Shown here: piece after piece, positions 17,715 through 26,846 of the stretch | Numbering within the stretch: the stretch's first letter is position 1 | How the letters are laid out: every line of letters begins with the position of its first letter | Source: an uncultured delta proteobacterium | GTDB taxonomy: Bacteria > Desulfobacterota > Desulfobacteria > Desulfobacterales > JAFDCJ01 | Direction of reading: 5' to 3' | Assembly: GCA_963769935.1 (NCBI GenBank) | Contig: CAVYNY010000018.1 | Location: 64,001-128,000 of the forward strand | Length of the DNA stretch: 64,000 nt | The notes under the pieces: generated by a model | Seen by the model: the letters and a program-made list of their open reading frames with translations, nothing else | Told to the model about the DNA's origin: nothing | Database searches by the model: none | Made by a program: the position numbers and the translations under genes

Positions 17715-17786
17715 GTCCAACGAAAAATGTTCAGCCGAAAAAAGAAGCGCCAGCTGCTTTTTGTCGGTTGGAACGGAATGTTAAGT
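17715..17786 (-). other. attC site (72 bp)
   Basis: ACTTAAC-attcc-GTTCCAACCGACAAAAAGCAGC...GCTTCTTTTTTCGGCTGAAC-atttttc-GTTGGAC. Confidence 0.85.
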
Positions 17787-18098
17787 TTCATTATCGTCAG
17801 GTTTTGTCACCATTGCAATCGCCGCAAAAAATACCGCTGAAATTAATACTAAAATAGAACCCCCAATCAGAACAAAAAGAAGAGACCGCGCGTATAATTC
17901 GCCAATTATCGCCTTATCTAAAACTTCTTCGAGACCGGACAAAATAAAGAACAGAACGCCATACAATACTACGGGAAGAAAGGAATATCCGGCAAAAAGG
18001 CAGATGGCTTTGGGCTTCGTCACTTTCCCCCGCTTCAGGCGCTTAAATTGCCAGAAAAAAACACTTACGACGATAATAATTAGAAGCAAAAAAACCAT
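17781..18098 (-). CDS. Hypothetical 3-TM membrane protein (cassette gene)
   Basis: Stop codon TAA lies in R'' of attC. Confidence 0.7.
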   Translation of the reverse strand: MVFLLLIIIVVSVFFWQFKRLKRGKVTKPKAICLFAGYSFLPVVLYGVLFFILSGLEEVLDKAIIGELYARSLLFVLIGGSILVLISAVFFAAIAMVTKPDDNET

Positions 18099-18166
18099 AC
18101 TTAGACAATCACCTTATCCATATCCCTGTCATCGTGGAATTGAGGTGCGTGGAAATGCGTTAGCAT

Positions 18167-18472
18167 TTACACGTCATGCTCAAAGGACTTCCCCCTTGGT
18201 TTTTCAATAAGTCTTCCAGTTACGAACCGATGCAGAATGCTCGATATTAGCGTTTGATAAGGCATACCATCTTCAACAGCCATAGTTTGTAGCTCTTCAA
18301 GTACCATTGACGAAATCCGTATGTTTACCCGTTTGTCTTTTTTTAAAGTCTGACGAGCGTATCTTCTATGTTTTTCAATTTCTTGCTCAAGATTTTTAAC
18401 GGACTTCCATTCTCCTCTTTCATAGCTGTCAAGAATTTCCTTTTCTTCTTTATTAAGTTTTAATTTAGCCAT
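18167..18472 (-). CDS. CopG/BrnA-like antitoxin
   Basis: KKDKRVNIRISS..GMPYQTLISSILH. Confidence 0.85.
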   Translation of the reverse strand: MAKLKLNKEEKEILDSYERGEWKSVKNLEQEIEKHRRYARQTLKKDKRVNIRISSMVLEELQTMAVEDGMPYQTLISSILHRFVTGRLIEKPRGKSFEHDV

Positions 18473-18473
18473 T

Positions 18474-18746
18474 TCATCCTCCCAAATAATCACGAGTTGC
18501 TTTACGGCTCGGAATTATGGTCTTTAAAAATTTGCCTTCTTCATCCTCAACAAATGAGACCAGATAAACATATTCTTTGATTTTAACAATCAGCATCTGT
18601 TCATTTGGGTACTTGGCTTGATTCGGATGCTCAACTACATCAATAAGGTCACCACGTTCAATGTGTAGTATCACTTGTTCGAAACCAACGCCGCGTTCGG
18701 CCTTAAGCTTTTCATTTTTTTCATGATTCCATTTATAATATGCCAT
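18474..18746 (-). CDS. BrnT/DUF4258-like toxin
   Basis: WNHEKNEKLKAERGVGFE...HPNQAKYPN...FLKTIIPSRKAT. Confidence 0.85.
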   Translation of the reverse strand: MAYYKWNHEKNEKLKAERGVGFEQVILHIERGDLIDVVEHPNQAKYPNEQMLIVKIKEYVYLVSFVEDEEGKFLKTIIPSRKATRDYLGG

Positions 18747-18852
18747 AAGCAATAATTAAGCACGATGTGTGCCATATGTCAACACAATGATTGTGGGGTG
18801 AGGACGAAAGGGCACATGAATTGAATCCACCAAATCCCTTTTAAAATATGAA

Positions 18853-18958
18853 TTAGCCACGAATGGACACGGATAACCACGAATTATGAGAATCGGCAAA
18901 AGCAAGGTCATTTATACCGAAAAATAAATTCGTGAAAATTCGTGTTAATTTGTGGCTT
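18853..18958. repeat. Inverted arms of short tandem CACGAA-type units
   Basis: AGCCACGAATGGACACGGATAACCACGAATT / AATTCGTGAAAATTCGTGTTAATTTGTGGCT. Confidence 0.75.
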
Positions 18959-19223
18959 TTTCAAACAGCTGGAATGTTATAAATAAGATGTGTTGTGCTT
19001 CCAGCAAATTGCCCCCAGACCTGCCGGCCGGATCCGGGCCAGCTGCACCTCGAAATTGCGAAAGCCATTGACACCGGCTACTAAGACCTTATAAACGACA
19101 GGCTATTCAGAGTTTGGATTTGAGCTTGGTTTTAGATTCAATTGGGGTATAAGATCATGTCTACAAAAAAGATCTTATAAACTGATTTGGTTGCAGTTGA
19201 TGGCCTGCATTGGGTGATGGACG

Positions 19224-20267
19224 ATGAAAAAAATTGTGATTGCACGCCCCGGCGGCTACCGTCGACTCGAAATTAAAGAATTTCCCGACCCGACGCCGAA
19301 AGAAGAGGAAGTCCTGGTGGAAGTTTCCGCCGCGGGGGTCAACTTCGCCGACGTCGTGATTCGGCAGGGGCTTTACAAATCTGCGAAGGACTTTGTCGGG
19401 TGGCCCATCAGCCCGGGTTTTGAGTTTTCGGGCAAGGTGTTGCAGTGCGGTTCGGGTGCACAAAAACTCGCAGAAGGAACCCCTGTATTCGGCCTTACAC
19501 GCTTTGGTGCGTATGCGTCCCATGTTTGTGCGCCCCGGCACCAGATTTTTCCGATTTCCAAAGACTCGAAATTTTCAGCCGACGAATGGGCGGCCTTTCC
19601 CACCGTATTTTTAACCGCCTATCATGGACTCTTTCAAAACATTGTGGTGCGTGAGGGGATGAACATCCTCGTTCATTCGGCCGCCGGGGGCGTCGGCGGC
19701 GCCCTGATGCAGCTCGGCAAAATCGCACATTGCCGGATGACCGGCGTGGTCGGCGCAAGCCACAAAGTCGATCCGGTTCGCGACCTCGGCGCCGATTTTG
19801 TCATCGACAAAAGCAGGCAAAATCTCTGGGACCGGGCAGAAGCCGGCTGCCCGGCTGGATTTGACATCATCTTCGACGGCAACGGCCCCAGCACTTTGAG
19901 ACAGAGCTACCGGCACCTGGCACCGACCGGCAAACTGGTTTCCTATGGCTTTCACTCTTTTTTTTCAAAAAAGGGCGGCGTCCCCAATTACTTCAAAATG
20001 GCGTTTCAGTACTTTCGCATGCCCAGGTGGAATCCGCTCAATATGACCAACGAGAACAAAAGTGTGATCTCTTTTAACCTGTCTTACCTTTTTGACCGGG
20101 CGGACTTGCTCGATGAGGCCATGCAGGATCTTTTAAAATGGGTCGCGGAAGGAAAGATCAAGCCCCCCAAATTGCAGCGTTTCGCCTACGAAAATGTTGC
20201 CGATGCTCACCGGGCGCTGGAGTCCGGCACAACGGTGGGAAAAGTGATTCTGACGTTTACAGGATGA
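19224..20267 (+). CDS. Zinc-independent MDR (VAT-1-like) NAD(P)H oxidoreductase
   Basis: GVNFAD, PGFEFSG, ILVHSAAGGVG, TTVGKVIL. Confidence 0.85.
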   Translation: MKKIVIARPGGYRRLEIKEFPDPTPKEEEVLVEVSAAGVNFADVVIRQGLYKSAKDFVGWPISPGFEFSGKVLQCGSGAQKLAEGTPVFGLTRFGAYASHVCAPRHQIFPISKDSKFSADEWAAFPTVFLTAYHGLFQNIVVREGMNILVHSAAGGVGGALMQLGKIAHCRMTGVVGASHKVDPVRDLGADFVIDKSRQNLWDRAEAGCPAGFDIIFDGNGPSTLRQSYRHLAPTGKLVSYGFHSFFSKKGGVPNYFKMAFQYFRMPRWNPLNMTNENKSVISFNLSYLFDRADLLDEAMQDLLKWVAEGKIKPPKLQRFAYENVADAHRALESGTTVGKVILTFTG

Positions 20268-20571
20268 CAAAATGGGAACTGCCGCTTTCCCCGCAGTCCT
20301 CTTCGTCATGATCGAGCCTGGGTTGCCTTGTATGAGAGGATCGAAGGGAGCTTCATTTCAAAAATAAGGATTTTAGAACCACGATTTCACATTTTCATAT
20401 ATCCATCATTGCGTCCGGCCTGAATTTGGTGTAAAAGAAACCTTATATTTCACCGCTCCAAAAAAACTGACTGTGAGATAAAAGCCACTCCAATATTCTG
20501 AATTCTCACAACAATACCTGCAATGTTCTTAATAAACCATCAGCAAAACCAGGAAGCCGGTTTCAATTTCA

Positions 20572-21243
20572 TTGAGGAGCCCGTACGTGAAGGACGTCCA
20601 ATTCAACAAGACACCGATTCGCCTTTTTAAATCGGATTTTCTTGAATTTTTTACACACATCCATCCGGCTGTCGTGCTGATTATCTGGGTACCGGTCTCC
20701 GCGGCATTTGCCGTCTACGGCATCGTGAACCGGCCGCAAGGGGTACCATGGATTTACTTTCCGATATGCCTGGTCGCCGGCCTTGTACTCTGGACCTTTA
20801 CGGAGTATACGCTGCACCGCTTCGTATTTCATTTCCGACCGCGAAACAGTTGGCAGGAGCGGATCACATATCTTTTCCACGGTGTACATCACGCCCAGCC
20901 GATGGTAAAAAGCCGGCTGGTGATGCCGCCGGTGGTGAGCATCCCCCTGGCTCTCATGTTTTACTATTTCTACACCTATGTCATCGGCGAACTGTTGGGC
21001 CGGCCGTACTGGGTGTATCCCCTGTTTGCGGCCTTTTTGGCGGGATACATCTGCTATGACATGATCCACTACACCAGCCACTACTTCAATTTAAAGTCGC
21101 GGTATCTGAAACATGTTCGAAAAAACCACATGCGGCATCACTGGAAGACGCCGGACAAGCGGTTCGGCGTGACGAGTATTTTGTGGGATATCGTTTTCGG
21201 GACGCGGGTAAAAGAAGGGCAGCAATCTGACGACGATCAATAA
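20572..21243 (+). CDS. Fatty acid hydroxylase / sterol desaturase family (FA2H-like)
   Basis: EYTLHRFVFH, HGVHH, YDMIHYTSH, HMRHH boxes; RLVMPP. Confidence 0.9.
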   Translation: MRSPYVKDVQFNKTPIRLFKSDFLEFFTHIHPAVVLIIWVPVSAAFAVYGIVNRPQGVPWIYFPICLVAGLVLWTFTEYTLHRFVFHFRPRNSWQERITYLFHGVHHAQPMVKSRLVMPPVVSIPLALMFYYFYTYVIGELLGRPYWVYPLFAAFLAGYICYDMIHYTSHYFNLKSRYLKHVRKNHMRHHWKTPDKRFGVTSILWDIVFGTRVKEGQQSDDDQ

Positions 21244-22219
21244 AAAATTTGCCGTCAAGCAGGAAGATTTTGATTCACTCGCTGCTTACCGGCAGACTGC
21301 AAGGCACTCACTCGGCTGGAGGTGCCTTTTCGTTTTGCCGGAATGGCTGCGGGCCTGGTGGGACGTGTTTGGCGGTGCCGCCGATCTCAGGATTCTCTCT
21401 GTCGGCAATCAGGAAAATATGATCGGCCTGGCCCCGCTCCAGCTAAAAGGTGACAGCGCCTCCCTTATCGGTAGCACCGATGTTTGCGACTACCTCGATT
21501 TCATTGTCGCCGCCGGCCGGGAAGGGGAGTTCTTCGATGTCTTGCTCGATTATTTAAACCAACAGGGCATAGCGCACCTGGAATTGGGACTTTTGCGGCC
21601 GGATTCAACTGTGCTCTCTTATCTTGTCAAAGTGGCCGAAAATCGGGGATGTGCGGTTTCCACCAGCGCTGAAGATATTACGCTGGAAATGGAGCTGCCC
21701 GCGAGCTGGGATGATTACCTGGGCCTGTTGAACGGCAAACAGCGCCATGAAGTCAAACGCAAACTCAGAAGATTGTCCGAGGCCGGCGACGTCAATTTGC
21801 GGGTCGTGGAAGATGCCGCAGAAATCCCCGAGCACATGCCCACCTTTTTTGAGCTGTTTAAAATGAGCAGCAGCGAGAAAGCGGCCTTTATGACCGATCA
21901 AATGACCGCTTTTTTCCAGGCGCTGGCGGGTGCAATGGCAAAGTCGAAGATAGTGAAGCTTTACATACTCGAACTGAATGACGCGCCGGCGGCCGCAGCC
22001 ATGTGCTTTGATTTCAACGCGGCGCTGCATCTGTATAACAGCGGCTTTGATCCGCGCTTCCAATCATTGAGCGTTGGATTATTATGCAACGTGCTTAGCA
22101 TCAAAGACGCCATCCAAAGCGGCAGGCAAAAATATGACTTTTTAAAAGGCGCCGAAACTTATAAATATCGTCTGGGCGGCCGGGAAATTCCTCTGTATAG
22201 TTGCAAGATAGGGCTGTGA
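21227..22219 (+). CDS. CelD/BcsL-like GNAT protein; start probably upstream of ORF-track TTG
   Basis: PEWLRAWW, DYLDFI, YNSGFD, YDFLKGAETYKYRLG; frame open back to CTG at 21227. Confidence 0.8.
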   Translation: MTTINKKFAVKQEDFDSLAAYRQTARHSLGWRCLFVLPEWLRAWWDVFGGAADLRILSVGNQENMIGLAPLQLKGDSASLIGSTDVCDYLDFIVAAGREGEFFDVLLDYLNQQGIAHLELGLLRPDSTVLSYLVKVAENRGCAVSTSAEDITLEMELPASWDDYLGLLNGKQRHEVKRKLRRLSEAGDVNLRVVEDAAEIPEHMPTFFELFKMSSSEKAAFMTDQMTAFFQALAGAMAKSKIVKLYILELNDAPAAAAMCFDFNAALHLYNSGFDPRFQSLSVGLLCNVLSIKDAIQSGRQKYDFLKGAETYKYRLGGREIPLYSCKIGL

Positions 22220-22369
22220 AAGCTGTGAGTATTCGGAGACTTTGCTTGAAACAGCCGGCAAGTTGCTCGATTAGCGGAGCAGACAAAAAATTTCAGGTGT
22301 CAGGCCTAAAATGCGCTAAGTTATTTTAAAAACAACATTAAAATCAATATCGACTGTCTTGGCTCTCAA

Positions 22370-22391
22370 CGGTGGGCAATGCCCACCCTAC
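22370..22391 (-). repeat. GTAG-family REP
   Basis: Minus GTAGGGTGGGCATTGCCCACCG. Confidence 0.7.
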
Positions 22392-22623
22392 ATCGGTAAT
22401 GTGGATTCAACAGGCAGTGAGTTCCAGATGCACAATCGTAATTGAGTTTCCTTCTTATGCGGTTTTATAAACACAATCAGTGTCATTTATGCAGCTACAA
22501 GTTTTATTTGCCCATCAAATTGGCAGCCCTCCCATGGCGGGTAAACATCCAGGCTTGGCGACTGGGCTGCCTGCCCTGCTTAGCCTTGAAGGCGAAGCGG
22601 GGGCACCTGAAACCTTCTCTTTC

Positions 22624-23565
22624 TTACAACTTCTTTTCATACCACTCGGTTTTCATGTATTTTTCAAACCCGGCGGATTCATAGAGCGCCAGGGCGGCCG
22701 GCATCCCACTGTCGGCCTTTAATTCGACAAGTTCGACGCCTTTGTGCTCAAGGTGGGATAAGCCCGCCAGCAAAACATTTTTGCCGATCGATTGTTGCCG
22801 AAAATCAGGATCCACACCCAGCATATGAATTTCGCCCCTGCTCCCTCCGCCGGCCTCACGGCTTTCATGGAATATCCGCGTCCAGCAATAGGCGATGGGT
22901 TTATCTTCCCGGTAAACCATGATGACATCTTCCGGGGTGCAGGTGCTGGAATGAACCCGATAGGAAATTTCATCCCGGGTATTGGGATTAAAGCCCCAGG
23001 TACCGGCAAAAGCGCGGTTCTGGATGGCAGTCAATTTATCTTCTTCACCCGGCCGCAGACTGCGAAAGATATAGTTATCCGTTTTGATCTCCGGTAATTG
23101 AACCGCGGCAAGATCCAGCCGGTAGCCAATGAAATGGCGGATAAATTTAAGACCCAGCCGCGTGCACAATTGCCTGGCTGCCAGGTTGTTTTTCGCGATG
23201 CAGATTTGCACCCGTTCGGATCCGGCCGCTTGCGCACGCCGGACGGCGTGATCAAAAAGTGCGGTGGCAATGCCCTTTCTGCGGTGCCGCGGATGCACAA
23301 GCCCGCCCACCAGCGCACGCCCGATACCCGGTTCCAGGAAAACCCTGATATAACCGATCATGTTTTCAGCATTCCGGGCCAGGAACAAATCATTTTCCGG
23401 CTGCAGCCCGGGATGTCCCAATGCTTCTGCCAACAGCGATCTTGAAACGCGGTGGTCGGCATTATCCAGCTTTTCAGTCTCAAGATGCAGCCGGAGATAG
23501 TTTTCAAAATCAGCCGGCTGATAGTTTCGAATTGTCCAAACACCGTCGGTCATTTCAATCTCCAT
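22624..23565 (-). CDS. Tandem GNAT acetyltransferase, MshD-like
   Basis: VHPRHRRKGIA; GEIHMLGVDPDFRQQSIG...AGLSHL...ALALYESAGF. Confidence 0.75.
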   Translation of the reverse strand: MEIEMTDGVWTIRNYQPADFENYLRLHLETEKLDNADHRVSRSLLAEALGHPGLQPENDLFLARNAENMIGYIRVFLEPGIGRALVGGLVHPRHRRKGIATALFDHAVRRAQAAGSERVQICIAKNNLAARQLCTRLGLKFIRHFIGYRLDLAAVQLPEIKTDNYIFRSLRPGEEDKLTAIQNRAFAGTWGFNPNTRDEISYRVHSSTCTPEDVIMVYREDKPIAYCWTRIFHESREAGGGSRGEIHMLGVDPDFRQQSIGKNVLLAGLSHLEHKGVELVELKADSGMPAALALYESAGFEKYMKTEWYEKKL

Positions 23566-23753
23566 CAGGATTAAGTAATCTCGAACGCATTAGAGTATAA
23601 GTCCATGGGATGCGAATTTCAATGCAGCCGGACACAAAAACCCCGCAGTGTCTTCCATTTTGGCTTTTTGATATTATTTTTAGACCTTGAATCACCAAAT
23701 CATTGCGCACTGCCTGTGCGGTAGCTGATAAAGTTGACTGGAGGTTTATTTAA

Positions 23754-24446
23754 ATGACAGATGCAGACATTATGGTTGTGAGTCCACACCCGGATGATGC
23801 CGAATACGGCGTCGCCGGTACGGTAGCGCGTTGGGTAAAAGAGGGTAAGCGCGTGATTTACGTGGTGTGCACCAATGGAGATAAAGGCACTTCGGATATC
23901 AATATGGATCCGGAGAAATTGGCCGACACGCGAAAAAAAGAGCAGCGCGCCGCAGCGGAGGTCCTGGGCGTCAGCGAGGTGATTTTTCTCGGACTTCCGG
24001 ATCAGGGACTGGAAGACACCCCGGAGTTCAGAAAGCGGATTGTGCGCCTGATAAGGCAGTACCGGCCCCATACCATGGTAACCGCAGATCCCTATCGACG
24101 CTATATCTGGCATCGGGACCATCGCATCACCGGTCAGGTTGTCCTGGACGCGGTTTTCCCCTACGCGAGGGATCATCTCGCCTATCCGGATCTATTTGAA
24201 GAAGGCCTGCCGCCTCACAAGGTAAAGGAAATATTTTTCTGGGCGGCCGATGATATCAATTATCGTTCCGACATCACCGCGACATTTGATCTTAAAGTTC
24301 AGGCCCTGCGCTGTCATAATAGTCAGATGCAGCAATTGGAGGTTCCCAACCCGGAAGGCTGGCTGCGTCAGCGCTGCAAGGATATCGCCAAAAAAGAAGA
24401 TTTTGAGTTGGGCGAGGCGTTTCACCGGGTTGAAATATTGAGGTAA
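23754..24446 (+). CDS. PIG-L family deacetylase (MshB/Mca/BshB superfamily)
   Basis: PHPDD, TNGDKG, HRDH, ALRCHNSQ. Confidence 0.9.
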   Translation: MTDADIMVVSPHPDDAEYGVAGTVARWVKEGKRVIYVVCTNGDKGTSDINMDPEKLADTRKKEQRAAAEVLGVSEVIFLGLPDQGLEDTPEFRKRIVRLIRQYRPHTMVTADPYRRYIWHRDHRITGQVVLDAVFPYARDHLAYPDLFEEGLPPHKVKEIFFWAADDINYRSDITATFDLKVQALRCHNSQMQQLEVPNPEGWLRQRCKDIAKKEDFELGEAFHRVEILR

Positions 24447-24451
24447 AATGA

Positions 24452-24760
24452 GCTTCATTTCTGGAAAACGAAGAGTTCATCACTCAAGCCAGGGATACCC
24501 TCAGAGAACTGATTGTTTTGCTGGGCAACGAACTTGCGGCTGCTCCCAAAGACGAAGCGAAATGTCTTGCACTGCTGGTTGGAGCGCTGCTCAAACTAAG
24601 GCAAAACTTCCGGGCCAACAAGCAATGGGCTGAGGCCGACGAGATCCGCGATAGCCTGTATCGGGTCAACATAACGGTGGAAGATATCGAAGGCGGTTCG
24701 CGCTGGCAGCTCGCATCGAATTGTAAAAAGGGGGCTCCCCAAAAAAACAAGGAAAGTTAA
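24452..24760 (+). pseudogene. 5'-truncated remnant ending in a CysS anticodon-binding-like domain
   Basis: LENEEFITQARDTLRELIVLLG...LRQNFRANKQWAEADEIRDSL..VEDIEGGSRW; frame closed upstream by TGA. Confidence 0.6.
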
Positions 24761-24900
24761 CCTTAACGAAAGACAGGCTTGAATTATTCGCCGGATGATA
24801 GTATTGCCGACGTGCGCGTTCCGACCGCCTTGTCGGAAACCGCCCGAACCGCAAGCACGGTGGGCTTGTCGCCCGACCCGCTCGATTCGAAATTATTAGC

Positions 24901-26181
24901 TTGCAGGTAAATGAGAGTGCCGAGTTGAAAGAAGACTGTTTAAAAATTGCGATGCTGAGCATCCATTCTGATCCGATCGGAGAGCTGGGATCAAAAGATA
25001 CCGGCGGTATGAGCGTCTACATCCGAGAGCTTGCCCGCGAGCTCGGCCGACGCGAGCACCATATCGATATATACACCCGGTTGCAAGGGGACGAGAAACA
25101 ATCCATAACCGATCTTTATGACAATGTCCGCCTGATCCATCTTGGCATTCCAAACGGCGGCCGTCTGTCAAAACTGGCGCTTTATCATTACCTGTCAAAA
25201 TTTTTCCGGGCCCTGGAAGATTTTCGCTCGGCTGAAAATCTGTCCTACGATATTATCCACAGTCACTACTGGTTGTCCGGTCGGTTGGCCAACTGGGCCC
25301 AAAGTTTCTGGAATCGGCCGCATGTTGCCACATTTCACACGCTGGGTGAGGTCAAAAATCGAACGGGCACCGGTGCGCATGAACCCGGGTTCCGACTCGC
25401 CGCCGAAAAGGAGATCGTTCACACCTGCCACCGCATTTTGGCACCGACGGCGCGGGAGCGCGACAGCCTGGTCAGGTTTTATGGTGCGCCGGCAGAAAAA
25501 ATCGGCGTGGTGCCATGCGGGGTCAATCTGGATCTTTTTTACCCGGAACCGAAAACGGCAGCCCGCAACCGGCTGGGTTTGAATCCGGCCGACACCATTC
25601 TTTTGTATGTCGGTCGATTCGATCCGTTAAAAGGATTAAACACATTGCTGGAAGCAATGACTTACCTCAGGCATCATCCTCGGATTCGACTGGTAGTCGT
25701 CGGCGGTGATGGTGACCTATCCCCCGAATATCAGGCCTTGGCTGAAAAAACCGAAAGGTTGGCAATTGAAGGAAAAGTGATGTTTGTAGGGCGCATCGAC
25801 CAACACAATCTACCGCCGTACTACAATGCCGCGGATGTACTGGTGATGCCGTCCCGTTACGAAAGCTTTGGAATGGTGGGATTGGAGGCTTTGGCCTGCG
25901 GCATACCGGTAGTCTCCACCCCCGTGGGAGCTGTCGACAGCCTCATCCGCAATGCGCGGGCCGGCTGCATTGTGTCCGATCCCTCTCCCCGATCCCTGGC
26001 CGAAGGAATTCAATCAATCATCAACGATCGCTCCATTCCGGCGGCGGATGCGATCCGTCAATCCATTCTCGACTACAGCTGGCCCAATGTGGCGTCCGGC
26101 GTCATCGCTGAATATGAAAGCGCAATAAAGCAGCAAATTTTTGAAGACGATCACCGGATTCCCGCCCGAGCCTCATTTTGA
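24901..26181 (+). CDS. GT4 glycosyltransferase, MshA-like
   Basis: IAMLSIHSDP...DTGGMSVY, IHSHYWLSG, FHTLG, GRFDPLKG, ESFGMVGLEA. Confidence 0.85.
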   Translation: MQVNESAELKEDCLKIAMLSIHSDPIGELGSKDTGGMSVYIRELARELGRREHHIDIYTRLQGDEKQSITDLYDNVRLIHLGIPNGGRLSKLALYHYLSKFFRALEDFRSAENLSYDIIHSHYWLSGRLANWAQSFWNRPHVATFHTLGEVKNRTGTGAHEPGFRLAAEKEIVHTCHRILAPTARERDSLVRFYGAPAEKIGVVPCGVNLDLFYPEPKTAARNRLGLNPADTILLYVGRFDPLKGLNTLLEAMTYLRHHPRIRLVVVGGDGDLSPEYQALAEKTERLAIEGKVMFVGRIDQHNLPPYYNAADVLVMPSRYESFGMVGLEALACGIPVVSTPVGAVDSLIRNARAGCIVSDPSPRSLAEGIQSIINDRSIPAADAIRQSILDYSWPNVASGVIAEYESAIKQQIFEDDHRIPARASF

Positions 26182-26194
26182 GTCAACTGATTTA

Positions 26195-26836
26195 CTAGGC
26201 TGAAGACCACAAAACATCGCCGCAAAGATTGGGCGCATGAGGCCTGGCGGAAAATGTCTCAAATGCCTGCCGCTCTTTCTCCACAATGGTAGAATCGCCG
26301 TGGCCCGGAAAAATTTGCACGCCGTCGGGCAAAACGAAAATCTTGGCGGTCAGAGACGCCACAATTCTCTTGAAATCAGCGGGCGATCCCGTATTTCCCG
26401 GTCCATCCGGAAACAGGGTATCACCGGCAATTAAGTAATTGCCGGTCAGAAAGCACAGGCTGCCCGGTGTGTGCCCCGGTGTATGCAACACAGACAATTT
26501 AATATCGCCGCAGGCAATGACATCCCCGTCATTTAGCAATCGACCCGCTGCTACCGGCAGCCGGCCGGCATCGTCGGCGTGTGCGGCCACCGGTACAGCG
26601 AGGGCTGATTTTAATTCGGCCAGGGCACCGGTATGGTCCATGTGATTGTGGGTGATCAGAATATAGCGGGGGGTCGTTCCTTCGAGCAACTCCAATATTT
26701 TTGGGGCCTCCCCCGGCACATCCACAACCACGCTTTCGCCGGTATGGCGGCAGATCAGGACATAGGCATTGGTGCCGTAAGGTCCCAGCTGGAGTTTCTC
26801 AATTTGGATATGCTCGTCTTTTGCCACGGTTGTCAT
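26195..26836 (-). CDS. MBL-fold metallo-hydrolase (glyoxalase II-like)
   Basis: THNHMDH, HTPGHTPG, GDTLF, PGHG. Confidence 0.9.
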   Translation of the reverse strand: MTTVAKDEHIQIEKLQLGPYGTNAYVLICRHTGESVVVDVPGEAPKILELLEGTTPRYILITHNHMDHTGALAELKSALAVPVAAHADDAGRLPVAAGRLLNDGDVIACGDIKLSVLHTPGHTPGSLCFLTGNYLIAGDTLFPDGPGNTGSPADFKRIVASLTAKIFVLPDGVQIFPGHGDSTIVEKERQAFETFSARPHAPNLCGDVLWSSA

Positions 26837-26846
26837 TTTAGCCTCC

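Larger units (their letters stand above)
3849..17786 (-). mobile_element. Integron gene-cassette array without integrase in window (CALIN-like), partly decayed
   Basis: Co-oriented attC sites each following a small minus-strand gene; R' entering a cassette complements R'' leaving it in several cases; no tyrosine-recombinase ORF in window. Confidence 0.85.

Noticed and set aside
18100..18166. attC after the CopG antitoxin
   Set aside because: TGCTAAC is present but no pairing arm or R' was found
24452..24760. Calling the fragment mshC or cysS
   Set aside because: No catalytic domain motifs; only an anticodon-binding-like tail
24806..24866. Riboswitch upstream of the MshA-like gene
   Set aside because: A hairpin TTCCGAC/GTCGGAA exists but I cannot match it to any known aptamer
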